A DNA stretch of 50,601 bases from Thermodesulfobacteriota bacterium (lineage in GTDB: Bacteria; DASVDK01): NCBI GenBank assembly GCA_036381125.1, contig DASVDK010000141.1, positions 1 through 50,601 of the forward strand. The letters run 5' to 3'. The translations under genes were made by a program, and so were the position numbers. The first letter of the stretch is position 1; every line of letters begins with the position of its first letter. Below, piece after piece: positions 18,444 through 28,061 of the stretch. Below the pieces are notes generated by a model that was not told the origin of the DNA, did no database searches, and saw only the letters and a program-made list of their open reading frames with translations.

Positions 18444-18745
18444 CTCTGCCTCCTCCGGTCGACGAGGGGGTCAGGATTACTGTCGTCAGGGGGATCGTAT
18501 TACTGGCGCCTGTCAAGTAGTTCGTGTACCGCCCGCGACTACCAACTCAGCGAAGTCAGGATCGTTGGGCAGGATCAGTCAGGATCAGTTTAGGGGACAA
18601 GCCGCCAGAGGACGTCCCATGCCGGGCCTACCCGCACTGCCCAGCTTCCCCTGGGCCTATGGTGGTTGAGGGATACGGGGGAACTGGAGCGGGCTGAAGA
18701 TGGCGCAGCCCGCGACGCAGCCGTAGCAGCTGCGTGCGCTACCAG

Positions 18746-19118
18746 CTAACCATCTTCGACCATATCCGGGGAGTCTTCCGGAAATCCTGAGGGCATCATC
18801 AACGATTCGCGCGTTCGCCACGGTACCCGGTTCGGCTCCGGTTGCTCCGTCCACTCCAGGAGCCACCGCCGAGTCACGTGTGGGTACCCACCCGGCTGTG
18901 TCCCATCGATGGAGGGCCTCTTGAGGTGCTCGGCGACGGCCTTGAGCCACGTGTAGGCCCCGATGACCTGCTTGCCGACGTCCTCGCCCAGGCCGAGCTC
19001 GGCACCCGTCGCGTGGTAGACGGTGATGCAGCCTAGCTTCGTCCGATCCCCGAAGACGTGGAAGACCTTGGGCTCTCTGTACTTCGATATCAGGTCGTGG
19101 ATGGCCGCCGCGTAACTC
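18746..19118 (-). pseudogene. C-terminal fragment of an unknown island gene fused in frame to the IS256 transposase
   Basis: About 120 aa of ordinary composition ([23 protein letters not shown]...) continuing past the expected transposase end; no start of its own. Confidence 0.4.
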
Positions 19119-20420
19119 CAGGCGGCCGCTGCGGCGGGCGCGGCCGGCTCCAGCACGGTCATGTCGAGATACCGCCGGTCGCCCCAGATCGTGGTGACCT
19201 CGAGCGCCACGGCGGTCACCAGGCGCAGCGCGCTCGCCCGGTCCGGGAACGCCCCGACGGCCTTCACCCGGCGCTGCACCTCACCGTGCAGCCGCTCGAG
19301 GGTGTTGGTCGTGCGGATCCGGAGCCAGTGGGCCTTCGGGACGGCGTAGAACTGGGTGGCGGCGGTGCAGCCGCCCTCCAGCACCGCCATCGCCTCAGGC
19401 AGCTGGGGGCGCCAGCGTCGGAGCACCGCGTCAAGCCGCCGCTTCGCCTCGGCCAGACTCGGCGCGTCGAAGAGGGGGCGGAGTTCCCGCGCCAGGCGGG
19501 CGCGCAGGCGCGGGGGTGTCTGCGTGAGGACGTTGCGGAGCAGATGCCCCGTGCACCGGTGCTGGCGGGCCTCCGGGAGCCACCGGCGCACCGCCGCGGC
19601 CAGGCCCTTGTGGGCGTCGGCGATGATCAGCTGGACGCCGTGGAGCCCGCGGTCCACCAGCTGCGTGAGCAGCTCGCTCCAACTCGCCTCCGCCTCCGAC
19701 GGCCCGAGGGCGACGCCCAGGAGCCGGCGGTGCCCATCGGGGCCGACGCCGTAGGCGACCAGCGCCGCCACGTGCTCGACCGTCCGCGCCCATCGGGCCT
19801 CGAGCAGCGTGGCGTCGAGGTAGAGGTACGCGATCGGCTCGGCGATCGGCGCCGTCCGCAAGGCCGCGATCCGCTCGTCGAGCCGCTTCGTCACCCGGCT
19901 CACCGTCGAGCGGCTGACGGCCTCGCCCAAGAGCGCCTCGGTCACCGTCGCCATCTTCCGCTGGGAGACGCCCTGCACGTAGGCTTCCGTGATCGCCGCA
20001 TCGACATCGCCGGTGCGCCGCGGGTAGCGGCCCAACACCTCGCCGGCGCTGCCTCCCTCGCGGGCGCGGGGGACCTGGAGCTCGACCAGGCCCATCGACG
20101 TCATCAGGCGTCGCAGGTAGGTCCCGTTACGCACGTCCTTGCGCTCGCCCAGGCGCTGCCAGCGCCCGGCGCCGACCAGCTCCCGGATCTCCTCCTCGAG
20201 CAGCGACTCGAGGGTGGCGGATGGCCCCCCGAAAGAGCGCCCGCAGATCGGTGCGGATCGCGTCTTGCGTCGGAACCTGAACCTCGCCAGACTCGTCCAT
20301 GGGAAGCCTCCTCCCCCTCGCCGCCAGCGAGGGCCGGTCTCGAGAGAACCTTGGAGGAGCTTCCCCCTTCCCCAGGCAGTCGTCCAGTACTGCCTTTTAC
20401 ACAATTATCGGGACACCACC
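19119..20420 (-). mobile_element. IS256-family element, frameshifted and lacking its downstream end
   Basis: Terminal sequence GGTGGTGTCCCGATAATTGTGTAAAA at 20395-20420; ATG 20300 with RBS, frameshift near 20218; motifs [27 protein letters not shown]; no second inverted repeat seen. Confidence 0.88.
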
Positions 20421-20422
20421 AG

Positions 20423-21334
20423 ATGATGCGCATCGGCATCGACCTCGGCGGCACCAAAATCGAGGGGCTCGCGATCGACGAGGCGGGCGCCGAGCGGGGG
20501 CGCGTCCGGATGCCGACGCCAAGGGACGACTACGAGGCCTCGCTCGCGGTCATCGCGGACCTCGTGGCGCGCCTCGAGGGCGAGGCGGGCGATCGGGGGA
20601 CCGTCGGCGTCGGCGGCCCGGGTGCGATCTCGCCCGTGACCGGTCGCGTCAAGAACGCCAACTCGGTCTGGCTGAACGGCCGGGCGATCGACCGCGACCT
20701 CTCGGCGCGGCTCGGCCGGCCGGTGCGCTACGCCAACGACGCCAACTGCCTGGCCGTGTCGGAGGCGACCGACGGCGCCGCGGCCGGGGCCCGCCTGGTG
20801 CTCGGCGTGATCCTCGGGACCGGAGCGGGCGCCGGCATCGCCATCGACGGCCGCCCTCACGAGGGGCCGAACCGCGTGGCCGGCGAGTGGGGGCACAACC
20901 CCCTCCCCTGGCCCTCTCCCGAGGAGCGGCCGGGGCCGCCCTGCTGGTGCGGCCGGTCGGGCTGCCTCGAGACCTGGGTGTCCGGGACCGGCCTCGAGGC
21001 CGACTACCGCCGCGCCGGCGGCGGGGCGCTCTCCGCCGCCGAGATCGCGCGCCGGGCGGAGGCGGGCGAGGCGCTTGCCGCCGCGCGGCTCGCGGCCTAC
21101 GCGGATCGCCTCGCCCGCGGTCTCGCCCACCTGGTCAACGTCCTCGACCCGGACGTGATCGTGCTCGGCGGCGGCCTGTCCAACGTGAGCCGCCTCTACT
21201 CCGCCCTCCCCGAGCGACTCCCGGCGTACGTCTTCGGCGGCGAGTGCCGGACGCCGGTCGTCCCGGCCCGCCACGGCGACTCGAGCGGCGTCCGGGGCGC
21301 GGCGTGGCTCTGGCCCCGCGGCGCGTCATGGTAG
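20423..21334 (+). CDS. ROK-family sugar kinase (fructokinase Mak-like)
   Basis: [47 protein letters not shown]. Confidence 0.92.
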   Translation: MMRIGIDLGGTKIEGLAIDEAGAERGRVRMPTPRDDYEASLAVIADLVARLEGEAGDRGTVGVGGPGAISPVTGRVKNANSVWLNGRAIDRDLSARLGRPVRYANDANCLAVSEATDGAAAGARLVLGVILGTGAGAGIAIDGRPHEGPNRVAGEWGHNPLPWPSPEERPGPPCWCGRSGCLETWVSGTGLEADYRRAGGGALSAAEIARRAEAGEALAAARLAAYADRLARGLAHLVNVLDPDVIVLGGGLSNVSRLYSALPERLPAYVFGGECRTPVVPARHGDSSGVRGAAWLWPRGASW

Positions 21335-21342
21335 GGGGTCGC

Positions 21343-22305
21343 ATGGCCACCGCCGTGGTCCTGCCGCACGTCTTCGACGACCTCGCGCCCGAGCGCGCGG
21401 TCCTCGAGCCGCTCGGGATCGCCGTGATCGACGCGACCGGGCTCGACGCCCAGGCGACGCTCAACCTCGCGGCCGGCGCCGACGCGCTCCTGGTCCAGAC
21501 CCCGGTGCGCGCCGACGCGGCGCTGATCGCCCGGCTCGCGCGCTGCCGGGTGATCGGGGCCTACGGGGTCGGTTACGACCACATCGACGTGGCGGCCGCG
21601 GCCTCGCGCGGGATCCAGGTCGTCCACGTCCCCGACTACGGCACCGAGGAGGTCGCGGAGCACACGCTGGCGATCGTTCTGGCCTGCCTGCGGGGCCTGC
21701 CGCGCCTCTCGGCCGGCGTCGCGGCCGGCCGCTGGGACTACATGGACGCAGGGCCGCTCCACCGCATCTCGGGGCGCACCCTCGGCATCGTCGGCCTCGG
21801 CCGCATCGGCGGCCGCGTGGCGGACAAGGCCCGGGCGTTCGGCTTCCGCCTCCTCGCCTGCGATCCGTACGTCCCGGCGGAGGCCTTCGCCGCCCGGGGG
21901 GCCGAGCCGAGGACGCTCGAGGCGCTCCTGGCCGAGTCGGACGTGGTGACGCTCCACACCCCGCTCACGCCCGAGACGCGGGGCCTCATGAACGCGCGGG
22001 CCTTCGCGCTCATGAAGCGCGGCTCGGTGCTCGTGAACGCCGCGCGAGGGGCGGTCGTGGACGAGGCGGCGCTCCTGGCGGCCCTCGACGAGGGGCGGAT
22101 CGCGTCGGCCGGGATCGACGTGCTCCCCGAGGAGCCGCCGGCGCCCGACCACCCCCTCCGGCGCGACCGGCGCGTCATCCTCACGCCGCACGCCGCCTGG
22201 TACAGCGAGGAGTCGAAGGTCGCGCTCAAGCGCCTCCTCGCCGAGGACATCGCGCGGGTCCTGGCCGGCGAGCCGGCCCGCTGCCCGGTCACGCCCACGC
22301 GCTGA
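21343..22305 (+). CDS. D-isomer-specific 2-hydroxyacid dehydrogenase
   Basis: GVGYDHID, EEVAEH, GLGRIG, NAARG, TPHAAWYSEES. Confidence 0.92.
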   Translation: MATAVVLPHVFDDLAPERAVLEPLGIAVIDATGLDAQATLNLAAGADALLVQTPVRADAALIARLARCRVIGAYGVGYDHIDVAAAASRGIQVVHVPDYGTEEVAEHTLAIVLACLRGLPRLSAGVAAGRWDYMDAGPLHRISGRTLGIVGLGRIGGRVADKARAFGFRLLACDPYVPAEAFAARGAEPRTLEALLAESDVVTLHTPLTPETRGLMNARAFALMKRGSVLVNAARGAVVDEAALLAALDEGRIASAGIDVLPEEPPAPDHPLRRDRRVILTPHAAWYSEESKVALKRLLAEDIARVLAGEPARCPVTPTR

Positions 22306-22318
22306 GGAGGGGATCCAC

Positions 22319-22510
22319 GTGGAGACGGCGCTCGGGCGGACCGGCCGCATCGACAGGCTCGTCGACAACGCCGGCGTGGCCGGGATGGCGAGGCCGAAGG
22401 AGGGCAACCCCGACATGGCCGCCTACGCGGCCGCCGGGGCGGGCGTGCCGGGGTTCACCAGGGCGCTCGGCGCGGTCTTCGACATCTCCGGAGGGAGGGC
22501 GACCTGCTGA
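22319..22510 (+). pseudogene. Internally deleted SDR remnant
   Basis: 63 aa joining GRIDRLVDNAG, KEGNPDMAAYAAA..GVPGFTRALG and the C-terminal AVFDISGGRAT; no NAD-binding motif and catalytic Lys lost. Confidence 0.75.
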
Positions 22511-23022
22511 TGGGCGTCACGACTCGCCTCGCGCGGCCGGACGACGCGGCCGCCATCGCGCGCATCTACAACGAGGGCATCGAGGACCGGGTCGCCACGT
22601 TCGAGACGGCGCTGCGAAGCGCCGAGGACATCGCGCGCCTCCTCGCCGAGCGCGGCGACCGCTATCCCACGGTCGTGGCCGAGCGAGACGGCGCGGTCGT
22701 CGCCTGGGCCGGCTGCGGCCCCTACCGCAGCCGCGCCTGCTATGCAGGGATCGGCGAATTCTCCGTGTACGTCGGCCGGGAGGCCCGAGGGACGGGCGCC
22801 GGCCGCGCCGTGCTGGCGGCGCTCATCGCGGAGAGCGAGGCGCGCGGTCTCTGGAAGCTCCTCTCCCGGATCTTCCCCGAGAACGCCGCGAGCCTCGCCC
22901 TCTGCCGGCGGCTCGGCTTCCGCGAGGTCGGCGTCTACCGCCGCCACGCCAGACTCGACGGCGCCTGGCGCGACGTCGTCATCGTCGAGCGCCTCCTCTG
23001 CGAGGCGCTGTCGGATCCCTAG
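22510..23022 (+). CDS. GNAT N-acetyltransferase (phosphinothricin / ArsN1-like)
   Basis: IYNEGIEDRVATFE, EFSVYV, RGTGAG, IFPENAASL, GFREVG, WRDV. Confidence 0.9.
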   Translation: MGVTTRLARPDDAAAIARIYNEGIEDRVATFETALRSAEDIARLLAERGDRYPTVVAERDGAVVAWAGCGPYRSRACYAGIGEFSVYVGREARGTGAGRAVLAALIAESEARGLWKLLSRIFPENAASLALCRRLGFREVGVYRRHARLDGAWRDVVIVERLLCEALSDP

Positions 23023-23405
23023 ACCTTCGCGGCCACCGCCTCCACCTCGACGAGCCACTCGGGGTTCGCGAGCCCTGCGACGACGACGAGCGTGGAGGCG
23101 GGCTTCAGATCCCGGAGGTGGCGCGCGCGCACCTCGCGGAACGTGCCGACGTCCTCCTGCCGCACCAGGTAGGCGTTCAGCCGGACGATGTCGGAAGGCC
23201 CCATTCCGCCGTCCGCCAGCACGGCCAGCACGTTCCTGAACGCCTGGTCGATCTGGCCTTCGATCCCCTTCACCACCGTCCCGTCCGGCCTGACGCCCAC
23301 CTGCCCCGAGACGACGAGCCACCGAGCCCCGGGCGGCACCTCGGTGGCGTGGCTGTACGGCGAGGCAGGTGTGTGGACCGTCGTCGGGTTGCGCCTGGTC
23401 AGCAT
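23019..23405 (-). CDS. RidA/YjgF family protein
   Basis: PYSHA, SGQVG, PASTLVVVAGL, LVEVEAVA; own GGAGG RBS before ATG 23405. Confidence 0.9.
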   Translation of the reverse strand: MLTRRNPTTVHTPASPYSHATEVPPGARWLVVSGQVGVRPDGTVVKGIEGQIDQAFRNVLAVLADGGMGPSDIVRLNAYLVRQEDVGTFREVRARHLRDLKPASTLVVVAGLANPEWLVEVEAVAAKV

Positions 23406-24094
23406 CTGCGACCTCCGTTCGAAGACGGCGCTCGGGCGAGGCTCGCCGAGGGCGTACGGCGTCTCGCCCGTCGCTCCGTACAGCGCCTGCGTCGCGAAGC
23501 CGGCCGCTTCGACGAGGCGCCGGACCTCGGCCACAGTGTAGACGGCATGCCGGAGCGCCGCCGCCGCACCGCCTCGGCCCTGCTCTTGCCGAAGCAGGAG
23601 GCGCCGTCGAAGGGAGCGGCGTGCCGACTGGCGCGGCACCCGGTTGACGAGCCAGAGGGCCGTGCCGGCGAGCACGCCGCCCCCGAGTTGCGAGGCCTCG
23701 AGCCGCTCGCCCAGGACGGCATACGAGAGGAGCACGGTGAAGAGCGGCGCGAGGAAGAGGAAGGTGCTGGTCCGCGCGGCCCCGCCCCACTGGAGGGCCA
23801 GGAACCAGAGGCCGAACGAGTCCGAGGAGGCCGGGACGGCGACGACGAACAGGCCGGCCGAGCCGACCAGCATCTGCCACAACGTGAGCGTCGAGGCCGG
23901 CACCGGCGCCCGGAGCCGCCTGGCGACGATGGCCGCGCCGGCGAACGCGAAGGCCGAGCCGAGGGCAGGAGGTCGCCCGCCAGGGCCGAGATCCCCTCCG
24001 CCTTCCCGATGGCCAGCGCCACGATCGCGATGCCGCCCCAGGCCGCCCGGGGCGGGAGGAGGCCGTCGCGCAGCGCCAGCGGCAGGAGCGCCAT
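23406..24094 (-). pseudogene. Collapsed remnants: EamA/DMT transporter plus possible methyltransferase C-terminus
   Basis: FGLWFLAL..GAARTSTFLFLAPLFTVLLSYAVLGE (EamA) after a frameshifted, deleted N-terminus; then YTVAEVRRLVEAAGF...YG typical of class I methyltransferase ends. Confidence 0.65.
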
Positions 24095-24273
24095 GGTTGA
24101 CGACCATGATACAGGCACGCTCGCAGCCCGCCGGCATCGCGGCTCCAGGATCGCGCCACGCGACGGCCGCGCCGGCGACGTGTCGCGGCCCCGTTCGCCG
24201 GCGCGTGCGTTTTTGTACGGCGCGCGAGATCACGGCTCGCATAACTCATCGAATACACGGAGGTTTCCTTCCC

Positions 24274-24289
24274 TGGCACGCCTGATGCT
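24274..24289 (+). promoter_or_regulatory. Putative sigma54 -24/-12 promoter
   Basis: TGGCACGCCTGATGCT (GG-N10-GC) 25 bp upstream of ATG 24315. Confidence 0.55.
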
Positions 24290-24314
24290 CCCATGGCACC
24301 CGAGGAGGTGCCTC

Positions 24315-24554
24315 ATGTTGATCGAGGTGGTCGAGGAGATCCTCCGGGACATCGCGCTCGCCGTCCTCTGGCTGACGGCCGGGGTCGTCGTGCTGAGCCT
24401 GGCCTCGTCCGTCGCCATCGTCGGCATCGGCAGCGTCCTGCGCGGCCGTGCCGCCCGCGCGGAGCCGGCCGTGCCGGCCGCCGCCGCGGCCCTCTGCCCG
24501 CCGCAGGCAGCCGCGGCGCTCTGCCCGCCGGAGCCGCCGCAACCGCGCCCGTAG
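24315..24554 (+). CDS. Small membrane protein, 79 aa, with duplicated AAAALCPP tail
   Basis: GAGGAGG RBS; long hydrophobic stretch; tandem repeat near the 3' end. Confidence 0.6.
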   Translation: MLIEVVEEILRDIALAVLWLTAGVVVLSLASSVAIVGIGSVLRGRAARAEPAVPAAAAALCPPQAAAALCPPEPPQPRP

Positions 24555-24603
24555 CAATCCGCCGCGGCCCGCCCTATTCTCAGAACCCGGGGAGGCTGCG
24601 GGC

Positions 24604-25035
24604 ATGGACAAGCGGGCAGTGATGGGCTTCGTCGCCGGGTTCGTCGCGGTCCTGGTCTTCCACCAGGCGATGGTCGGGATCCTCTACGTTCTCGGCGTGA
24701 TCGGGGCGCCGCCCTACCGGCTCGCGCCGGTCCCGCCGTTCGGCGTGCCGTCGGTGATCAACTCGGCCTTCTGGGGCGGCGTCTGGGGGATCGTCTTCGC
24801 GCTCGTCGAGCGCCGCTTTCCGAGGGGCGGCGGCTACTGGCTCGCCGCGCTCGTCTTCGGCGCCGTGGGGCCGCCGCTCGTCGCGTGGTTCGTCGTGGCA
24901 CCGCTCAAGGGGCTGCCGGCCGGCCCGCCTGCCGGGGCGCGCCTGCTCATCGCGCCGCTCATCAACGGCGTCTTCGGGGTCGGGATCGGCCTCTGCCTGC
25001 GCGTGCTGCGGGCCGGCGTCTCACGCCGCCGGTAG
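24604..25035 (+). CDS. Hypothetical four-TM membrane protein
   Basis: AGFVAVLVFHQ, PPFGVP, AFWGGVWG, WFVVAPLKG; fully hydrophobic profile. Confidence 0.8.
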   Translation: MDKRAVMGFVAGFVAVLVFHQAMVGILYVLGVIGAPPYRLAPVPPFGVPSVINSAFWGGVWGIVFALVERRFPRGGGYWLAALVFGAVGPPLVAWFVVAPLKGLPAGPPAGARLLIAPLINGVFGVGIGLCLRVLRAGVSRRR

Positions 25036-26004
25036 CTCCCGCGCGTCGAGGCGGCCGGCCTTCCGGAGGGCCTGGAACTCCTCGATCGTCTGCCGCAGGC
25101 CGTCCGCGAAGCTCGTACGCGGCCTCGGCCCCAGGTCCCGCTGGTAGCCCTCGTCGGAGAGGGCGGCCGGGAACGGGATCGGCGTCGGGTCGTAACTGAT
25201 GAGCCCCTTCGCGCCCGGCAGCGTCGCCTCGATGAGTCCGGGGATGTCGGCGATGGCGACCGACTCGCCGTGGAGGTTGTAGACGCGGGCGCCGTCGAGC
25301 GAGCTGTTCGCCGCGGCGATCAGCGCGGCGGCCACGTCGGCCGTGTAGACGAGGTCGCTCGCGCCTCCCCAGCGGATCCGGAAGGGCCGCCCGAGGACGG
25401 CCGCCTTGATAGCGAGCGTCGGATCGGCCGTGAGGCCGAAGTCGCGCCCCGGGCCGTACACCGAGAGCGGCCGGAAGCCGATGGAGGGGATCCGGCTCTC
25501 CGCCCAGTAGACCTTCGCGCAGTCCTCGTTGGCCACCTTGTAGACGCCGTAGTGCGTGGCCGGCAGGCGGGCGGCGTCGTCGCCGACCGGGCCGTCGTAG
25601 AGCGACGCCGGTCCGAACACCGCGGCCGAGGAGACGTAGACCACCCGCTCCACCTGCCCCGGGTTGGCCTTCACCGCCTCGAAGACGTTGTTGGTGCCGA
25701 TGACGTTCACGCGGGCGCCGCCCACCGGGTCCTGCCGGCAGAGCGGCACCTGCCAGGCGGCCAGGTGGATGATGCGGGTGATCCGGTGCTCGCGGACGAC
25801 CCCGGCGAGCCGCTCGCCGTCGGCGATGTCGCCCTGGAGCAGCGTCGCCTGCCGCAGGCGGTCGTCCCCGGCGATCATGCGGACCCGCCACGGGTCGGTC
25901 CCGAAGTCGAGCAGCACCGGCCGCTCGCCGGCGTCGACCAGACCGCGGACGACCCAGGCGCCGATGCAGCCGAACGCGCCGGTGACGAGGGTCCGCGGCA
26001 TCAT
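25021..26004 (-). CDS. NAD-dependent epimerase/dehydratase
   Basis: TGAFGCIG, IHLAA, NVIGT, SSAAVFG, YGVYK, VYGPGRD; start overlaps the upstream stop (ATGA). Confidence 0.9.
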   Translation of the reverse strand: MMPRTLVTGAFGCIGAWVVRGLVDAGERPVLLDFGTDPWRVRMIAGDDRLRQATLLQGDIADGERLAGVVREHRITRIIHLAAWQVPLCRQDPVGGARVNVIGTNNVFEAVKANPGQVERVVYVSSAAVFGPASLYDGPVGDDAARLPATHYGVYKVANEDCAKVYWAESRIPSIGFRPLSVYGPGRDFGLTADPTLAIKAAVLGRPFRIRWGGASDLVYTADVAAALIAAANSSLDGARVYNLHGESVAIADIPGLIEATLPGAKGLISYDPTPIPFPAALSDEGYQRDLGPRPRTSFADGLRQTIEEFQALRKAGRLDARELPAA

Positions 26005-27323
26005 CGGACCCCCGCCCAGGCGGCCAGCCCGTGCCGGAAGGCCGGCAGCGGGAGGTCGGCCAGGTGCCCCTCGGCCGTGAAGGCCATCGGCTGCGGATCG
26101 GAAAGCGGCTCGAGGCCCGCGCGGCCCTGCCCCTCGGTCTGCCAGAGCGACTCGGACACCCACATCTCCTCGAGGTGAAGCGTGCTCTCGATGCGCACGA
26201 GCCGCGCGGTGGCCGGCTCGACGCGGTTCGCGGTGGCGACGGCGAGCGCGATGGCGTCGCGATCGTTCATCATCCAGATGGGGGTCTTGCCGCCCCCCAG
26301 CTCCGTGCTCGTGATGATGTTGGTCCAGTACTTCTGGTAGTCGATGTTCTCGAGCACCGCCCGGGTCGTCACGTCGGCCAGCCCGAGGCCGCAGGCGTTG
26401 CCGTGCGTCCGCTCGGTGAGGCGCAGGACGACGAGCTTCTGCGGGTTCCTCGGGTCCTGGATGTGGCGGACCGAGTACCGGCCGGTGACGTTGGGGTCCA
26501 TGCCGGCGCCGCTCACGTCCTTGCCGAGGTAGTCGACGACGAGCACGTCGAGCCGGCCGAAGGGGATCGTCGCCATGAGGTCCCGCGACATCTTCAGGAG
26601 CTCCGGCTCGCGCGCGAGGATCCGCTCGGCCGGCACCGCCTCGATGCGCGCCACGTCCTCCCGCGCGTTCTCCACCGTGGCGATCCCGCCGAGCACCTTG
26701 CCGGTGTCGAGGATGAGCCGCGCGGCGGCCGGGATGGTCTCGTGGAAGGTGTCGAAGCCCCGCTTGTGGATCACGGCGGCGCCGGTGTGCTTCCCGTAGC
26801 CGATGACGAGCATCTTGCAGAGCCCGCTCTCGACCGGCCCGTGGAAGTCGGTGTGGACCTTGATGCGGTTGACGGGGAGGAGGAAGTCGGCCTCGAGCGC
26901 CGCCTTCGACTGGTGGACCGGGAAGCCGCCCGGCGTGACGCCGATCTGGACGGTGTCCATCTCGGCGCGGAACGGGACCCCCATCGTCTCGGGCGTCACG
27001 CCGTAGCCGGCCAGGACCTCCATCTGCCCCTCGGGCGTCCCGCCGCCGTGACTCCCCATGGCGGGCACGACGTAGGGCTTCGCCCCCCGGGCCTTCAGCT
27101 CGTCGACGACGGCGCGGGTGATCTCGGCGATCCGGGCCACGCCGCGGCTGCCGACACCGACCGCCACGGTCTGGCCGGGGCGGATCCGGCCGTCGAAGAC
27201 CTTCATCTCGCGGGCGACCGCGTCCCTGACCGGCGCCTCGCGCGTCGCGTCGAGCCGCTGGCGAATGCGCCGCACCTCCGGAAGGGGCAGATCGAGGCCG
27301 CCGTCTACGACGTTGAATGCCAT
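26001..27323 (-). CDS. Lactate racemase (LarA)-domain protein, paralog 1
   Basis: VGSRG, PAMGSHGG, NRIKVHTDF, ESGLCKML, GKDVSGAGMDPNV, HGNACGLG. Confidence 0.8.
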   Translation of the reverse strand: MAFNVVDGGLDLPLPEVRRIRQRLDATREAPVRDAVAREMKVFDGRIRPGQTVAVGVGSRGVARIAEITRAVVDELKARGAKPYVVPAMGSHGGGTPEGQMEVLAGYGVTPETMGVPFRAEMDTVQIGVTPGGFPVHQSKAALEADFLLPVNRIKVHTDFHGPVESGLCKMLVIGYGKHTGAAVIHKRGFDTFHETIPAAARLILDTGKVLGGIATVENAREDVARIEAVPAERILAREPELLKMSRDLMATIPFGRLDVLVVDYLGKDVSGAGMDPNVTGRYSVRHIQDPRNPQKLVVLRLTERTHGNACGLGLADVTTRAVLENIDYQKYWTNIITSTELGGGKTPIWMMNDRDAIALAVATANRVEPATARLVRIESTLHLEEMWVSESLWQTEGQGRAGLEPLSDPQPMAFTAEGHLADLPLPAFRHGLAAWAGVR

Positions 27324-27506
27324 GGGGCCCTCCTGCTGTGCCGGGCGCCTCCGGCACCGGGTCCGACCTGATGGTAGCGCCGAGGCCGACCAGGGCGCGA
27401 CTTGCGGGCGAGGCCCCCCATTGCGTAAGATGCGACACCGATGCCGTCCAGAACGGCGTTCTCAAAAAAGGCAGCGATCCATGTCCAACCGGGAGAGGGC
27501 AATCTC

Positions 27507-28052
27507 ATGAGCAGATCGACTGGCATCCGCCTCGCGGCCGTCGGCGTGGCCCTCGGCCTCCTCGCGCCGATCGCCGCGCTGGCACAGTCCAGGGCGCACG
27601 CGGCGCGGAAGATCGAGCGAGGCAAGTACCTGGTGATGATCGCCGGCTGTCACGACTGCCACACGCCGGGCGGCCTCTACGGCGCGCCCGACATGTCCCG
27701 CGCGCTGGCAGGCAGCGAGGTCGGCTGGCAGGGGCCGTGGGGGGTCAGCTACGGCAGGAACCTCACGCCCGACCCGGAGACCGGCATCGGCAAGTGGAGC
27801 GAGGCGGACATCGTGCGCACGCTGCGCACCGGCTCCCGGCCAGACCGCACGCCGCTGCTGCCGCCCATGCCGTGGCCCAACGTCGCCCACATGACGGACG
27901 CCGACCTCGGGGCGGTCGCCGCCTACCTCAAGTCGCTGCCGCCGGTGAAGCACGCCGTCCCGGCCAGCGTGGCCCCGGGCGGGCAGCCGGCCGGCGCGGT
28001 GATCCCGTTCCCGCCCCCGCCCGCCTGGGACGCGCCCCGCGCGTCCCAGTAG
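27507..28052 (+). CDS. Exported monoheme c-type cytochrome
   Basis: Signal peptide, RGKYLV..AGCHDCHTP, NLTPDPETGIG, PPMPW, AYLKSLPP. Confidence 0.9.
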   Translation: MSRSTGIRLAAVGVALGLLAPIAALAQSRAHAARKIERGKYLVMIAGCHDCHTPGGLYGAPDMSRALAGSEVGWQGPWGVSYGRNLTPDPETGIGKWSEADIVRTLRTGSRPDRTPLLPPMPWPNVAHMTDADLGAVAAYLKSLPPVKHAVPASVAPGGQPAGAVIPFPPPPAWDAPRASQ

Positions 28053-28061
28053 ACCCGCGCC

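Larger units (their letters stand above)
16323..18515 (-). mobile_element. IS21-family insertion sequence with 5-bp target site duplication
   Basis: Ends TGTCAAGCGACAG... and TGACAGGCGCCAG... with repeated CAGTAA..CTGACCCCCT submotifs; AGTAG at 16318-16322 and 18516-18520; istA/istB inside. Confidence 0.95.

Noticed and set aside
19058-20422. Long N-terminal extension of the ROK kinase ORF
   Set aside because: It is the antisense shadow of the IS256 transposase; ROK motifs begin at 20423.
23019-24242. 407-aa EamA-RidA fusion ORF
   Set aside because: RidA has its own RBS and ATG at 23405; the upstream part is a patchwork of deleted remnants.
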